A stretch of 64,000 nt of DNA from Candidatus Thorarchaeota archaeon (lineage in GTDB: Archaea > Asgardarchaeota > Thorarchaeia > Thorarchaeales > Thorarchaeaceae). The notes beneath the pieces are model-generated. The model worked only from the letters and a program-made list of their open reading frames with translations, was not told where the DNA came from and ran no database searches. This document shows positions 1-9,408 of the stretch, one piece after another (the stretch's first letter is position 1; every line of letters begins with the position of its first letter). The DNA is taken from contig JBHLRS010000004.1 in NCBI GenBank assembly GCA_048882325.1, positions 70,425 through 134,424 on the forward strand, read 5' to 3'. A program made the translations under genes and the position numbers.

Positions 1-716
1 CCACTAGTCAATTCCCAAGATTTCCTCAATGAATCAATCGCTGACAAATCTGTGTCAACAACAATAGCGGTGACAGGTGCAAATCTAATGGAAATGTAGA
101 GTGCGAATAACCCTCCGATAAATAAATACCCCATTGCAGCCAGCATCGTTTCCATAGCGCCCGGCGATATGATTGGATTGAATGGATCCGATATGTCAAT
201 GCCAGCTAGTGCCCGAGCAAAAAGTATGAAAGCGGGTGTAAGAACTCCAGTGACTAGAATCGTGGTTATTATTCTTACAAGTATAATATTCAAAGTCTTC
301 CCAGTAGCGTAGGAAAAACTTGTTCCAACATCCGCAACCTGTTCTCCGCCGTAATCATCTAGAGCGAATTTGGTTCCAGCTCCAGTTATCCAAGCGTTGA
401 CAATGAATGCTACAGTGGCAAACACGACTGACACAATAATCAAGTCCACAATTGGCAGTGTTGAGAAAGAGAAAAGGTTGAAAATGTAAGACAGTGGGTT
501 TGTCGCGATAGTTCCAATCAAGCCAAAAATCACTGATAGTATAAGGAAAGAAGCAACAGCAAGTGCCACCCCTGCCAACCCGACAATTATGATATATTGG
601 ACTAGTTTGCGTGTCCACAAATTGAATGTTCTTGACACAAGGCCAGTAGCACTCACTTCATAAGAGCCAGTACGAGCCTGAGATGGGTCTAATCCTAAGT
701 CGTCTTCAAATGCCAT
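1..716 (-). CDS. Multi-pass membrane protein (GDPD-membrane-domain-like); 3' end lies outside the window
   Basis: Not in the ORF track. Manual translation from ATG 716, behind a GAGGAGG SD, gives MAFEDDLGLDPSQARTGSYEVSATGLVSRTFNLWTRKLVQYIIIVGLAG...AIVVDTDLSAIDSLRKSWELTSG, open to the window edge. It has several TM helices and the 'AIDSLRKSWELT' motif typical of this family. Confidence 0.75.
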   Translation of the reverse strand, partial: MAFEDDLGLDPSQARTGSYEVSATGLVSRTFNLWTRKLVQYIIIVGLAGVALAVASFLILSVIFGLIGTIATNPLSYIFNLFSFSTLPIVDLIIVSVVFATVAFIVNAWITGAGTKFALDDYGGEQVADVGTSFSYATGKTLNIILVRIITTILVTGVLTPAFILFARALAGIDISDPFNPIISPGAMETMLAAMGYLFIGGLFALYISIRFAPVTAIVVDTDLSAIDSLRKSWELTS

Positions 717-790
717 GTGAAATCCTCCTCACACTATGACTTTACTTGCCTTTCGTTATAATTGCTCCGTATAGACTAGATGTCAATCAC

Positions 791-2386
791 TTACGCTGGC
801 TTGGGTCTATTGTCAATAATCTCCATGAACTTCATGCCACCAGCTCTTTCGACCAATTCCTCAAAACCAATTATCGTCACACCTGGAGTGACCTCTGTGT
901 TTGTCTTTGTTGTCTTCTGAATCTCCAGAATTAGGGACTTGTAATCATCAGTGACGGGACCTCTGGGAGCAATATAGACATTCAACACATCCATGCTATA
1001 CGGGTCAGACATATCCTCCTTCGCAACCTCAATTTGAACTTCCTCAACCTGACTGATTGCTAGTAGCATCTCTCTGAGTGCAGTCAGATTCACCGTTGCA
1101 CCCTTGATCTTTTTCTCACTTATACCCATGATTTCAATCTGAGCCTGAGTATCATTGGTTCGACCAATATTCCAGAAGAAGGGGCCATCAAATTCGCAGT
1201 GAGGACACTTTCCTTTCTCCTGATGCGAAGCTACATCACCGAGGAGAAATCCTTCAAAAACGGTCCCAGTTCCATCCAGATGGAACAGACACATATGACC
1301 TGATTCGTCATCACCTACGAAGTCATAGGTACCATCATCATTAAACTTAACCAGTTCAAATGCAAGCATGAGAGGGGAAACGTTGTGATATGGTCCATGA
1401 CGCTCACATTGAACTGCAAATGATATCTTACTTTCAGATGATGCGTATCCACCAACCACTCTTACATCTTTTGCACCCTTCTCGGTCAGAGTGGCAACCA
1501 TGTCATCGACTACTGGTTCGTAGATCTTCTCGCCAGCAAGCAACATGACACACTTCTCTGGAGCTTCATAGTCTTTAGCCTCTTTCATTGTTCTGAAGAA
1601 CCTGTTTCGAAGATAGCTCGGCATACCAGCAAATCCATTTACCTTGAACAGTCCAGCAAGCTCAACGAGTCTTTCGCTTGGAATCGCACCACCAGCACTT
1701 GTAGCAACATAGAACTTTGACATCTGCTTTAGACCTAAATTGACAGCGTGCCAACCGAGATGTGGTGCATACGGAAATAAGTTCATACTTGTAAGCTCCC
1801 AACTACTATCAACATAGGGATCAATGGCCATTTGACCAACCTTCACACAGTTCTTGTACAACAAATCGTTGTCATATCGAGTTAGGAAGACAGGAGAGGG
1901 CAATCCAGAGGCCCTTCCTGAACTGAACCAGAATTGAAGTGGCGAGAACTGATAGGTTGCTCGTTCTTTCAACCGATAAGTTGCAGCTGCTCTACCAATA
2001 CCAAGCTTTACCCTCGCGCCGTTATTTCGAATGAATTTTGCAAGCTCCCTATGACCTGCTTCATTTGCGTATTTCATGAGGTTTCCAATAGCTTCAGAAG
2101 AATCACGTGGCTTACCATCAACTTCTGTAGGATTAAGGACGAACTTCTGAATGTTATCACGATAATCAATCTTCTTGACAAGTGGTATGTTGTATTTTGC
2201 CCAGTCCTCGATGCACGTGATATTGAAGGGGTCAATATCGTTGTTCTTGAACATCTGTCGGTAGTATTTGTGGTTAGGCCACACCTGATACCGAATGAAT
2301 GCCCTAAACTTCTTGTCTTGAATCTCCTTGATTTCGCGATGATTAGTTCTCTTTAACTCCCGAAAGGTGAATGTATCTTTAGTCAT
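791..2386 (-). CDS. Phenylacetate-CoA ligase (PaaK)-like adenylate-forming enzyme
   Basis: YYRQMFKNNDIDP, a variant P-loop SSGRASGLP, GMPSYL, LAGE, GYASSE, GDVA and CPHC...IGR follow the PaaK/ANL motif order. Confidence 0.7.
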   Translation of the reverse strand: MTKDTFTFRELKRTNHREIKEIQDKKFRAFIRYQVWPNHKYYRQMFKNNDIDPFNITCIEDWAKYNIPLVKKIDYRDNIQKFVLNPTEVDGKPRDSSEAIGNLMKYANEAGHRELAKFIRNNGARVKLGIGRAAATYRLKERATYQFSPLQFWFSSGRASGLPSPVFLTRYDNDLLYKNCVKVGQMAIDPYVDSSWELTSMNLFPYAPHLGWHAVNLGLKQMSKFYVATSAGGAIPSERLVELAGLFKVNGFAGMPSYLRNRFFRTMKEAKDYEAPEKCVMLLAGEKIYEPVVDDMVATLTEKGAKDVRVVGGYASSESKISFAVQCERHGPYHNVSPLMLAFELVKFNDDGTYDFVGDDESGHMCLFHLDGTGTVFEGFLLGDVASHQEKGKCPHCEFDGPFFWNIGRTNDTQAQIEIMGISEKKIKGATVNLTALREMLLAISQVEEVQIEVAKEDMSDPYSMDVLNVYIAPRGPVTDDYKSLILEIQKTTKTNTEVTPGVTIIGFEELVERAGGMKFMEIIDNRPKPA

Positions 2387-2551
2387 CCTACAGTCTCCAT
2401 GACAAACGTATAGTCAGAGGCGCGCAGCAACCCGACATAAGAAAGTTGTGAGTGATATTTACAAAGGAAATACACGCCTTTAAGGGTCTGAAGTAGAAAC
2501 CCATAATAGATAACTACACAGAAGACAAACGTCTATGACCACTGGTCAGGA

Positions 2552-2992
2552 GTGATTTCATTGTCAGAAGCTGACGAAAAACTACAGAAAGGCATCATTG
2601 AACTGGACAAAGGAAACGACAAGAAGGCATTTAGCCTTTTCAAAGAAGTCTTTGAAGAGAGACAGGGAAGACTCCTGAAGAAAGTGCAGGATAATCCGAA
2701 GTCACCAACTTTGATGCTAGACGCACTTTACATGGTTCACAGCCTTGTATGGCTTAGAGTGGCTGAGGCTGGGAAAGAGAAGAAGCACAGTGTTGAACTT
2801 CTTGGTAAAGCTGTGGGAACTGTTGAGGCTGCCCGAACTGCATTGGGACCACTTGTCACAGGTCTCGCCCAGTGGGCGAAGGAGAAGAATATCAAGGTGG
2901 TCCATAACAAAGCATTGGGACTTCTTGCAGCAACAAAAGATCTTGAAGATATGGCAAAGAAGGCTCTTGAAGCAAGCAGAAAAATGGCTTAG
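2552..2992 (+). CDS. Hypothetical alpha-helical (TPR-like) protein
   Basis: 146-aa ORF with a GGAG SD and amphipathic helices; no recognised motif. Confidence 0.6.
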   Translation: MISLSEADEKLQKGIIELDKGNDKKAFSLFKEVFEERQGRLLKKVQDNPKSPTLMLDALYMVHSLVWLRVAEAGKEKKHSVELLGKAVGTVEAARTALGPLVTGLAQWAKEKNIKVVHNKALGLLAATKDLEDMAKKALEASRKMA

Positions 2993-3026
2993 ATGACAAG
3001 TCAATTCTGAAAATGAAGACACTCCA

Positions 3027-3371
3027 TCAAAAGTCATTCTTATTCATATACTGAGACCATTCCTCGACTGGAAATCTTTCCTCCATTATTTCTAGCTCAG
3101 ATAGTACAGCTGATTGGAGATCCACACCAAATGAACTAGCAATCTGCATGAAGAGATTGAAGGACTGAGCAAATTCGCGAGCAATCTCATCTTCCTTTGG
3201 AGCTTTGTGTCCCAATCCAATCACTTTGTACCCCTCTTTCACAGTGATATGACGCGATATTTCACCAAGTTCCTCAATGAGATGAGCAAACACTAGTGAA
3301 GCTGGAAATTTGTCCCATCCACGCGCTTTGTCAAACTTGTCAAGTTTGTCTTGAATTTCTCGGAGATGCAT
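3027..3371 (-). CDS. MazG-like nucleotide pyrophosphohydrolase
   Basis: LREIQ...RGW...HLIEELGEI...EFA...GVDL matches the MazG/all-alpha NTP-PPase pattern. Confidence 0.85.
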   Translation of the reverse strand: MHLREIQDKLDKFDKARGWDKFPASLVFAHLIEELGEISRHITVKEGYKVIGLGHKAPKEDEIAREFAQSFNLFMQIASSFGVDLQSAVLSELEIMEERFPVEEWSQYMNKNDF

Positions 3372-4082
3372 CTATATCATCCTCTTTGTGATCAGTAAAA
3401 CCTGAGCCCGGGCTTGATCCAACGCAGATGCAGGAGGACTCTTCATAGGTCCTAGAGGTGTGTCCATGGGGAGTGACCCACCTCCAAGAAACATGGCTTC
3501 ACTAACTATACCCATCATCTCAACAGGAGGAAGAACAGCACAGGCTAGTTTTGCTCCAGTCTTTACATCTTGGATATTCGTCACAATCTTCCAAATTCTT
3601 GTTCCATCAGTACAACGACATTCGATAAGGTTTTTCGAGTCCGGTACAGGTTGTGTTTGACTGACTTCCACAGCAAGAATGTCTACTGCATGAGCAGGTT
3701 CATCATCGAACTCCTGAAGTTTTTCGATCAGCGCCTCAACAATTCGAAATGAATAGAAAACTTCTGCCAGAGTCAGAGATTCTTTCAGAGTTACAGGTTT
3801 GTATCCAGATGTTTTGATAGAGTCCTCAAGGATGCTACGGAACTCAGCAATGCTTTCAACAATCTTCTTTGTTGCATCAAGTTCAGCCACATTACCTGCA
3901 GGCACATAAGAGTACTTGACCTCATATATCAAACTGCTTGCTTGTTGAAGAGTCGTTCCAAGTTTTGAGTAGTCCACATGAAATTTTAGCTTCCTGTTCC
4001 CCATCGTTTCATGCAGACGTCTTAGTGCATCTTCAAGCACGAGTAGCCTAGCATCCTTCGCAGTATCCACGAGAGTCACCAT
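3372..4082 (-). CDS. Archaeal tRNA-binding protein (helical N-terminus plus EMAP/Trbp OB-fold)
   Basis: AVDILAVEV...IVTN...LPPVEMMGIVSEAMFLG is the tRNA-binding OB domain signature. Confidence 0.8.
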   Translation of the reverse strand: MVTLVDTAKDARLLVLEDALRRLHETMGNRKLKFHVDYSKLGTTLQQASSLIYEVKYSYVPAGNVAELDATKKIVESIAEFRSILEDSIKTSGYKPVTLKESLTLAEVFYSFRIVEALIEKLQEFDDEPAHAVDILAVEVSQTQPVPDSKNLIECRCTDGTRIWKIVTNIQDVKTGAKLACAVLPPVEMMGIVSEAMFLGGGSLPMDTPLGPMKSPPASALDQARAQVLLITKRMI

Positions 4083-4200
4083 TTGTTATGATTCAGAGGC
4101 TCCAGATAAACCTCTCTCAATAGAAGGAGGAGGCCACACGAAGTGATATAAAGATAGGCGCAATAGTCCAGAAAGATTTCAGCAGTGGGAGCTACGCACC

Positions 4201-4812
4201 TTGATACAAGCCGTGTACATCCTGATTGCCGACAGCGGCCTTTGTGTCCTCGACAGGAAATATGGCGAGGCAGATATGGATCCCAATCTAATTAGTGGGT
4301 TTCTTACGGCTCTGATACAATTTGGACGTGAACTCAGTGACGGAAACCGAGTTCATGTTATTGATTTTGGTGCATTCGATATTTGCCTCTCGTTGAAAAA
4401 CAACGTAATTGTCGCAGCTTCAGTTGACAAGGTTGATGATGGGAACGCTGCTATGGCGGTCCTCAGCGAGGTCAATAATGCATTCACAAAGCAATTCGGA
4501 AACATGCTCCAAGAGTGGGACGGTAATCTCGAACCGTTTGAATCATTCCACTCAAAACTTGATGATATCACAAAGGAAGGTCATGCATCTGAAACCAAAA
4601 TCGTGGTTCCAGTTCTCACTGGAAAGGTCAATCCCATGCTTGTAAGATTAGGACAGATGAGTCAGGTAACTTTCGATGTCGCTAAGAAGTGTGATGGAAA
4701 ACTCACAACAAGGGATATTGCTGACCAACTGGGAATGCATATGAAAGAGGTTCAGAAATCACTCCATACTCTTGAGGACATGAAAATCCTCGAATGGAAA
4801 GAGATTGGATAA
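4201..4812 (+). CDS. Longin-like domain protein with C-terminal winged HTH
   Basis: N-terminal IQAVYIL..SGLC...Y....D.NLISGFLTAL..F longin signature; C-terminal CDGKLTTRDIADQLG...VQKSLHTLEDMKILEW wHTH. Confidence 0.75.
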   Translation: MIQAVYILIADSGLCVLDRKYGEADMDPNLISGFLTALIQFGRELSDGNRVHVIDFGAFDICLSLKNNVIVAASVDKVDDGNAAMAVLSEVNNAFTKQFGNMLQEWDGNLEPFESFHSKLDDITKEGHASETKIVVPVLTGKVNPMLVRLGQMSQVTFDVAKKCDGKLTTRDIADQLGMHMKEVQKSLHTLEDMKILEWKEIG

Positions 4813-4875
4813 GACCTGGCTATATCCAACTTGTTGTTTGTTCTTTTTTAATTGAGTGAGGAGCTGATCTGCTAA

Positions 4876-5583
4876 TTATGATGATTGACCCCACTCATTA
4901 CCAACTGCAATCAGAATGAGTCCGATTACTATCAGACCAGGTGCTAGAACTCCAGGAATTGTAGTACTATTAAACACCAGATCTCTCAGAAGATAGCGTC
5001 CAGCGTGAACTACTCTTCCTGCGAATAACACAAAGAATCCTAACCCAAGAAATAGGTTAGACTTTCGTAGATTGCCACCAGACTGCCATGCAAGATACCA
5101 AAACAGAAGCGGTATGAAGAGGGCATAAACTGCTCCTGCTGAACCTGAGAGAAGGACTCTTGTTGTGGAGTCAAATGGGACAAACCCAAGAAGAATGCCG
5201 ATTCCTACCGCAGGTATTGCGAATCCGATTTGGGCCCATCTCTTTCCAATTATCATGAAACCAGCAGTGGCTGACAGTAAGGCTAATGCCATCCATTGGA
5301 AGAATGCTCCAGCCATCAGCCAGAATGAAGATTCACCGAGGTATGGAAGTTCACCCGCCAAGATTCCCGTTAGACTCTGGGTGTCTGCGTAGAAATCACC
5401 TACGAAATAGAAGCAACGTCCAATCGCCAAGAGAAGGAAGAATAATGACATCGCAAACTGGAAAGGATTTCCAGATTTCCTCCATCTTCGGCCCAGAAAT
5501 ATGAAGAGAAAGAAGTAGTATCCTACTACTAAGAACCACAATCCTGCGTGGACTTCTCGAATAATGATCTCAGCTGGCTGCAT
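4876..5583 (-). CDS. 7-TM membrane protein
   Basis: Seven hydrophobic segments counted by eye; no soluble output domain. Confidence 0.7.
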   Translation of the reverse strand: MQPAEIIIREVHAGLWFLVVGYYFFLFIFLGRRWRKSGNPFQFAMSLFFLLLAIGRCFYFVGDFYADTQSLTGILAGELPYLGESSFWLMAGAFFQWMALALLSATAGFMIIGKRWAQIGFAIPAVGIGILLGFVPFDSTTRVLLSGSAGAVYALFIPLLFWYLAWQSGGNLRKSNLFLGLGFFVLFAGRVVHAGRYLLRDLVFNSTTIPGVLAPGLIVIGLILIAVGNEWGQSS

Positions 5584-5662
5584 CCTTAAGACTCCATCCT
5601 AAACCTTCTGAAACTTGAACGGTGCGCCGGCAAATAAAGATATTCCGCTCTTGTAAAACCGT

Positions 5663-6124
5663 GTGATACGCCCAGACAAGTTCTATATTTGCATGAAAGA
5701 TGTAATCCCTTGTTGTGAGATGAACTCAGGACCAACATGGAAACTACACAGGAATGAATCTGATATAGAAGAGTTCATCGACGTCCGTAGGAAGGTGGGA
5801 AACCAGATAATTCGTGACTACCTGTTGGACAATGTTGTAAAAGACAACAAAATCAAAAGGATACCAGGAAAACTTCGAGGGCCAAAGAATGAATTTAAGG
5901 ACCTGGCGAAATTTCTCATTCTAGAAATCTCATTGGAAGGAAAGAAAGTACGTTTTCTAGCGGAAGCTGGAGTATATGAGAACTTGAGAATTGTGGCTGT
6001 TGATTCAGATTTTCTTGCAGATCAAAGCAAAGAGGACCTGATACGGATATTCACTGAAGCTCTTGAAAGTCCAGATCTGTATGACACTTCTGTTGTTCTT
6101 AGCGATGATTCAGAAGTCAGGTGA
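5663..6124 (+). CDS. Hypothetical protein (true start may be a downstream ATG)
   Basis: 153-aa ORF in an apparent operon with the next small Zn-binding protein. Confidence 0.55.
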   Translation: MIRPDKFYICMKDVIPCCEMNSGPTWKLHRNESDIEEFIDVRRKVGNQIIRDYLLDNVVKDNKIKRIPGKLRGPKNEFKDLAKFLILEISLEGKKVRFLAEAGVYENLRIVAVDSDFLADQSKEDLIRIFTEALESPDLYDTSVVLSDDSEVR

Positions 6125-6133
6125 GTGAGACCC

Positions 6134-6328
6134 ATGACCTTCGAAAGATATGCAAAGTGCCCTATATGTAGTAAACGGACAGTCCTGAGAGTACCTCCAG
6201 ATGTACTCGACAAAGCAGAGAGATTTCCCTTCACGGTGAAAGTCAAGCATGATGATCATTATTTCTATATCAATCTTGATAGTCAAGCTTGGATAACGGA
6301 CATATTACACCCTGAACTTGTTGAGTGA
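6134..6328 (+). CDS. Small CxxC...HxxH zinc-binding protein
   Basis: AGGTGA SD before ATG 6134; CPIC...HDDH..Y..LD pattern. Confidence 0.65.
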   Translation: MTFERYAKCPICSKRTVLRVPPDVLDKAERFPFTVKVKHDDHYFYINLDSQAWITDILHPELVE

Positions 6329-6329
6329 C

Positions 6330-7145
6330 TCACCCAATATATCTGTCAGAGGGACTGGTATCGTCACTAGCAATTGGACCTTTCTGAGCAATCTCATCCT
6401 TTGCCCACTCGATGAATTCAACCACCTTCTCGACTTCAGTGTCAATAACATCAAAATGAGCTTTAATCCCCACAAGGTCCGTGAGTCGATCGAGTAGGAC
6501 TCTTGCAGCACGGAAGTCTGCTTTTATCACGCCCATAGTTTCGCCCAAGAGACATGCACCTTCCATATTGTAGATGGAGGCAGCCCAATTGGGAATGATT
6601 CCATTTGCTCCAACAACAACGCCTTCCTCTGTGGCAATCATTCCATCAGCCTGTGAAATCTTGTCAAGAAAGTCCTGTGAGCTTGCAGAGATATAAACAC
6701 GAGGAGGTGCAGGAAATGAGCCAAAGTATTCCTGATATCCCTGTTCATATGCAGCAAGCGAATACATCTCTTTCACACCAAGTCTAGAGAACTCGTTGGC
6801 AACATAATCTGCATACTCGAATACACCGGTTCCTGAAGCTGGTTGAAAATCAGCAGTCAATGTGAGAAGGTCATGAGGTTCATCTGGTGCTGCTCTATAA
6901 AGAAATATTGAAGAAGTTGGTACCCGTGAGATTCCCTTAGATACGAGAACACGAGGGGGAAAATCGTTACTGAAGAAGTCCATGACATGTTTTGCATCAA
7001 GCACCCTTGTGAGTGTCTGAATAGCGATTCTTCCAACATTGGCAATTCCTGGTAGTCCAACTATACCAATGGGGGATTTCAAAGACGATGCGTCAACATC
7101 CATGAACCGTCGAGTAAACATAACTAAAGGAGGAATTGAACCCAT
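6330..7145 (-). CDS. Proteasome assembly chaperone (PAC2 family)
   Basis: GLPGIANVGRIA, FPP.V, DFQP, G.NG, CLLGET and D.RAA motifs. Confidence 0.9.
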   Translation of the reverse strand: MGSIPPLVMFTRRFMDVDASSLKSPIGIVGLPGIANVGRIAIQTLTRVLDAKHVMDFFSNDFPPRVLVSKGISRVPTSSIFLYRAAPDEPHDLLTLTADFQPASGTGVFEYADYVANEFSRLGVKEMYSLAAYEQGYQEYFGSFPAPPRVYISASSQDFLDKISQADGMIATEEGVVVGANGIIPNWAASIYNMEGACLLGETMGVIKADFRAARVLLDRLTDLVGIKAHFDVIDTEVEKVVEFIEWAKDEIAQKGPIASDDTSPSDRYIG

Positions 7146-7168
7146 TTGGTACTTTGGGTGAGGGAGTT

Positions 7169-7921
7169 CTAAAGTCTATAGAATTTGAACGCATTCCGAG
7201 TAGTCTGTTTTGCAATATCACTTTTGGACTGATCCAATAAATCACTAAGAGTTTCAACGCCAAACAGGATGTTAGCGGGTTCATTTCTCTCAGATGTTGG
7301 TGAGAGGTATGGACCATCTGTTTCAAGAAGAATTTGCTCAAGCGGTAGGATAGTGGCGGCATCTTTTCTGTTCCGATATTTCCCAAAATTAGCAGGAAGT
7401 GTGATGAACCAACCATTATCAGCCACTCTCCTGGCGGCCTCGGAAGATCCATCAAAACAGTGCATAAGGACAACTCCAGTGAACTCCTTCTCAAGAATTT
7501 CAGTGGCGCGATCTTCCGCTTTTCGAGCGTGAATTACAATGGGAAGTTCTAGCTCTGTTGCAAGATTGATGAACATCTGAAACAGAGGTTCTTGGTTCAT
7601 TCGACCTCGTTGATCTTTGATCCAGTAATAGTCCAATCCCACCTCACCCACTGCAACAATTTCGTTTGCATATTTCCTTGTGAGTGCAATGATTTTATCA
7701 GCTTCCTCCTTGGTGAGCTGAGACACGCTACAACCTGCTGAATGGTGCACAAATCCGCGGTGCTTCTTGACAATACCCAGTGTTCGACGGAATGATGCTG
7801 ACCCGATTGAGCTAGATACCATGCCCAAAAGTCCAGCCTCTTTTGCTCTCTGTATGACTCGTTCTCTGTCATTCTTGAAATGATTCATATCGATATGTGT
7901 GTGGGAATCGAACAAGTCCAT
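7169..7921 (-). CDS. tatD: TatD-family DNase/hydrolase
   Basis: DSHTH, VGEVGLDY, IHAR, MHCF and ETDGP motifs. Confidence 0.93.
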   Translation of the reverse strand: MDLFDSHTHIDMNHFKNDRERVIQRAKEAGLLGMVSSSIGSASFRRTLGIVKKHRGFVHHSAGCSVSQLTKEEADKIIALTRKYANEIVAVGEVGLDYYWIKDQRGRMNQEPLFQMFINLATELELPIVIHARKAEDRATEILEKEFTGVVLMHCFDGSSEAARRVADNGWFITLPANFGKYRNRKDAATILPLEQILLETDGPYLSPTSERNEPANILFGVETLSDLLDQSKSDIAKQTTRNAFKFYRL

Positions 7922-7942
7922 GATGTGAGCACGCTCAATGGT

Positions 7943-8347
7943 CTAGTCCTTCTCAGAGTCCTTGCTCTCTTTGATAGCTTCCCGGACATATGAACCAAAA
8001 TCAGAGGTTTCTCCGTCACGCTGAACACGTATCTTGGGACCTTCACCCTTTACCTGACGCTCCACATATCGAACATCAAGTTGAGTTATGGTCTGACGAA
8101 GCCCACGATATACAATTAGATAGAGGAGGATATCTTCCACTCGCTTTCCAATATGTGGTTCATTCTTTTTGAGTGCAGATAGATGGCTCTGAGCATTTGA
8201 GTCCAAGAATCTCTGGAGAAGCTTTGTACGTTCCACTTCAGTCTTTTCCATTTGCTCTTTCTGTTCCTGTAACTTTTTTTCACGTGCCACTAGCTTTGCC
8301 ATTTTCTTCCTTCTGATCATTGCAAGCTCTGTGTCATCGTCGCTCAG
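7943..8347 (-). CDS. PDCD5/TFAR19-like dsDNA-binding protein
   Basis: SDDDTELAMIRRKKMAKL...LLQRFLDSNAQSHL...IRVQR matches PDCD5. The conserved N-terminus lies upstream of ATG 8320, suggesting a CTG start at 8347. Confidence 0.75.
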   Translation of the reverse strand: MSDDDTELAMIRRKKMAKLVAREKKLQEQKEQMEKTEVERTKLLQRFLDSNAQSHLSALKKNEPHIGKRVEDILLYLIVYRGLRQTITQLDVRYVERQVKGEGPKIRVQRDGETSDFGSYVREAIKESKDSEKD

Positions 8348-8427
8348 TGTGAATTCCTCATTGTTTTGCCCTTTCTAGACACAGTTAAAGATAACGATAC
8401 AGCGAGGGTTGGTTTTTTAACTTTCAA

Positions 8428-9408
8428 GTGGCATCAAGACATAGACAACTTGGACGTGAAGACTGCTTGGCATTGGAAGGTAGATGCACTTGGTTGGGCG
8501 CCACTGAGGATGAGAAGCCATATTGCCGTCTCAGAGGTCAGGAATTGCCCAAAGGAGAGGTTTCGGGCAAGTGTATGAAACCTGAACGTGCAACAATCTG
8601 CATTGACGCATATTCCTCTCTTGCTAGGGGACAGGATGCTCTTGAATCAAACAGCACAGATGCGTTTCCTTGGTTGATTGAATCTGCTTCACAGTTTGAG
8701 AATCTTGGTGAAACCGATAATGCAATTCAAGCGTACATCAAGGCAATCAATTTTGCGAACAAGAATGATATGGTGGAGAAGGCATACGACTTGTTTTGTT
8801 CGGTTCGAACCGTGTATGAAGAAGGAATAGCAGAGAATGATCCAACGCTGACAGCAGCCGAAATAAAGCATGAACTGATGAGGGCAGGAGAAGCAGTAAT
8901 AGAAAAGATCGAGCAGGTTGCTGAACGCGCACCGACCACCGAACTCCAGTCAGAGCTGAAAGCGGCTGTACTTGGAGGAGTGACTCTCAAGAAAGCAGAT
9001 TCAAAGGAACACACAAAGGATTTGGTTATCAGTCATGGAAGATCACTCTACACTAAGAAGGCACAAGAGTACAAAGATGGGGCAGCTTCATACATTAAAT
9101 CAGGCATGATAAAGAATGCTGTAACCCTCGCATGTATGGGAGCATTAGCAGACTTGATGTTGGGAAAAACGAAAGAGGGTATGGCATATCTTACAAAGAC
9201 TACTGCGCAGTCTGGTGAAGCACAGACCTTTAATGAACATCCTTGCTTTGTTTGGACTAAACTAGTCTTCAGAGCCCTGATTGAGAGGGATCAGAATCTT
9301 ATGATTACTGTGAACAAACAATTCTTGGAGATACCTTGGTCATTCAAAGATGATAGAGAATTTGCTAGACGTGTCATGGAATCGGTTGAGAGAAGTATCA
9401 GTGCTTGA
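8428..9408 (+). CDS. TPR/alpha-SNAP-like helical-repeat protein with Cys-rich N-terminus
   Basis: Five Cys in the first 60 aa, then helical repeats (ESASQFENLGETDNAIQAYIKA; AQEYKDGAASYIKSG). Confidence 0.55.
   Translation: MASRHRQLGREDCLALEGRCTWLGATEDEKPYCRLRGQELPKGEVSGKCMKPERATICIDAYSSLARGQDALESNSTDAFPWLIESASQFENLGETDNAIQAYIKAINFANKNDMVEKAYDLFCSVRTVYEEGIAENDPTLTAAEIKHELMRAGEAVIEKIEQVAERAPTTELQSELKAAVLGGVTLKKADSKEHTKDLVISHGRSLYTKKAQEYKDGAASYIKSGMIKNAVTLACMGALADLMLGKTKEGMAYLTKTTAQSGEAQTFNEHPCFVWTKLVFRALIERDQNLMITVNKQFLEIPWSFKDDREFARRVMESVERSISA

Noticed and set aside
6119-6136. TGA stop of ORF 5663-6124 is in frame with the next ORF, suggesting possible Sec read-through
   Set aside because: The TGA is part of an AGGTGA Shine-Dalgarno for ATG 6134. 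There is no redox motif and no SECIS was seen downstream.
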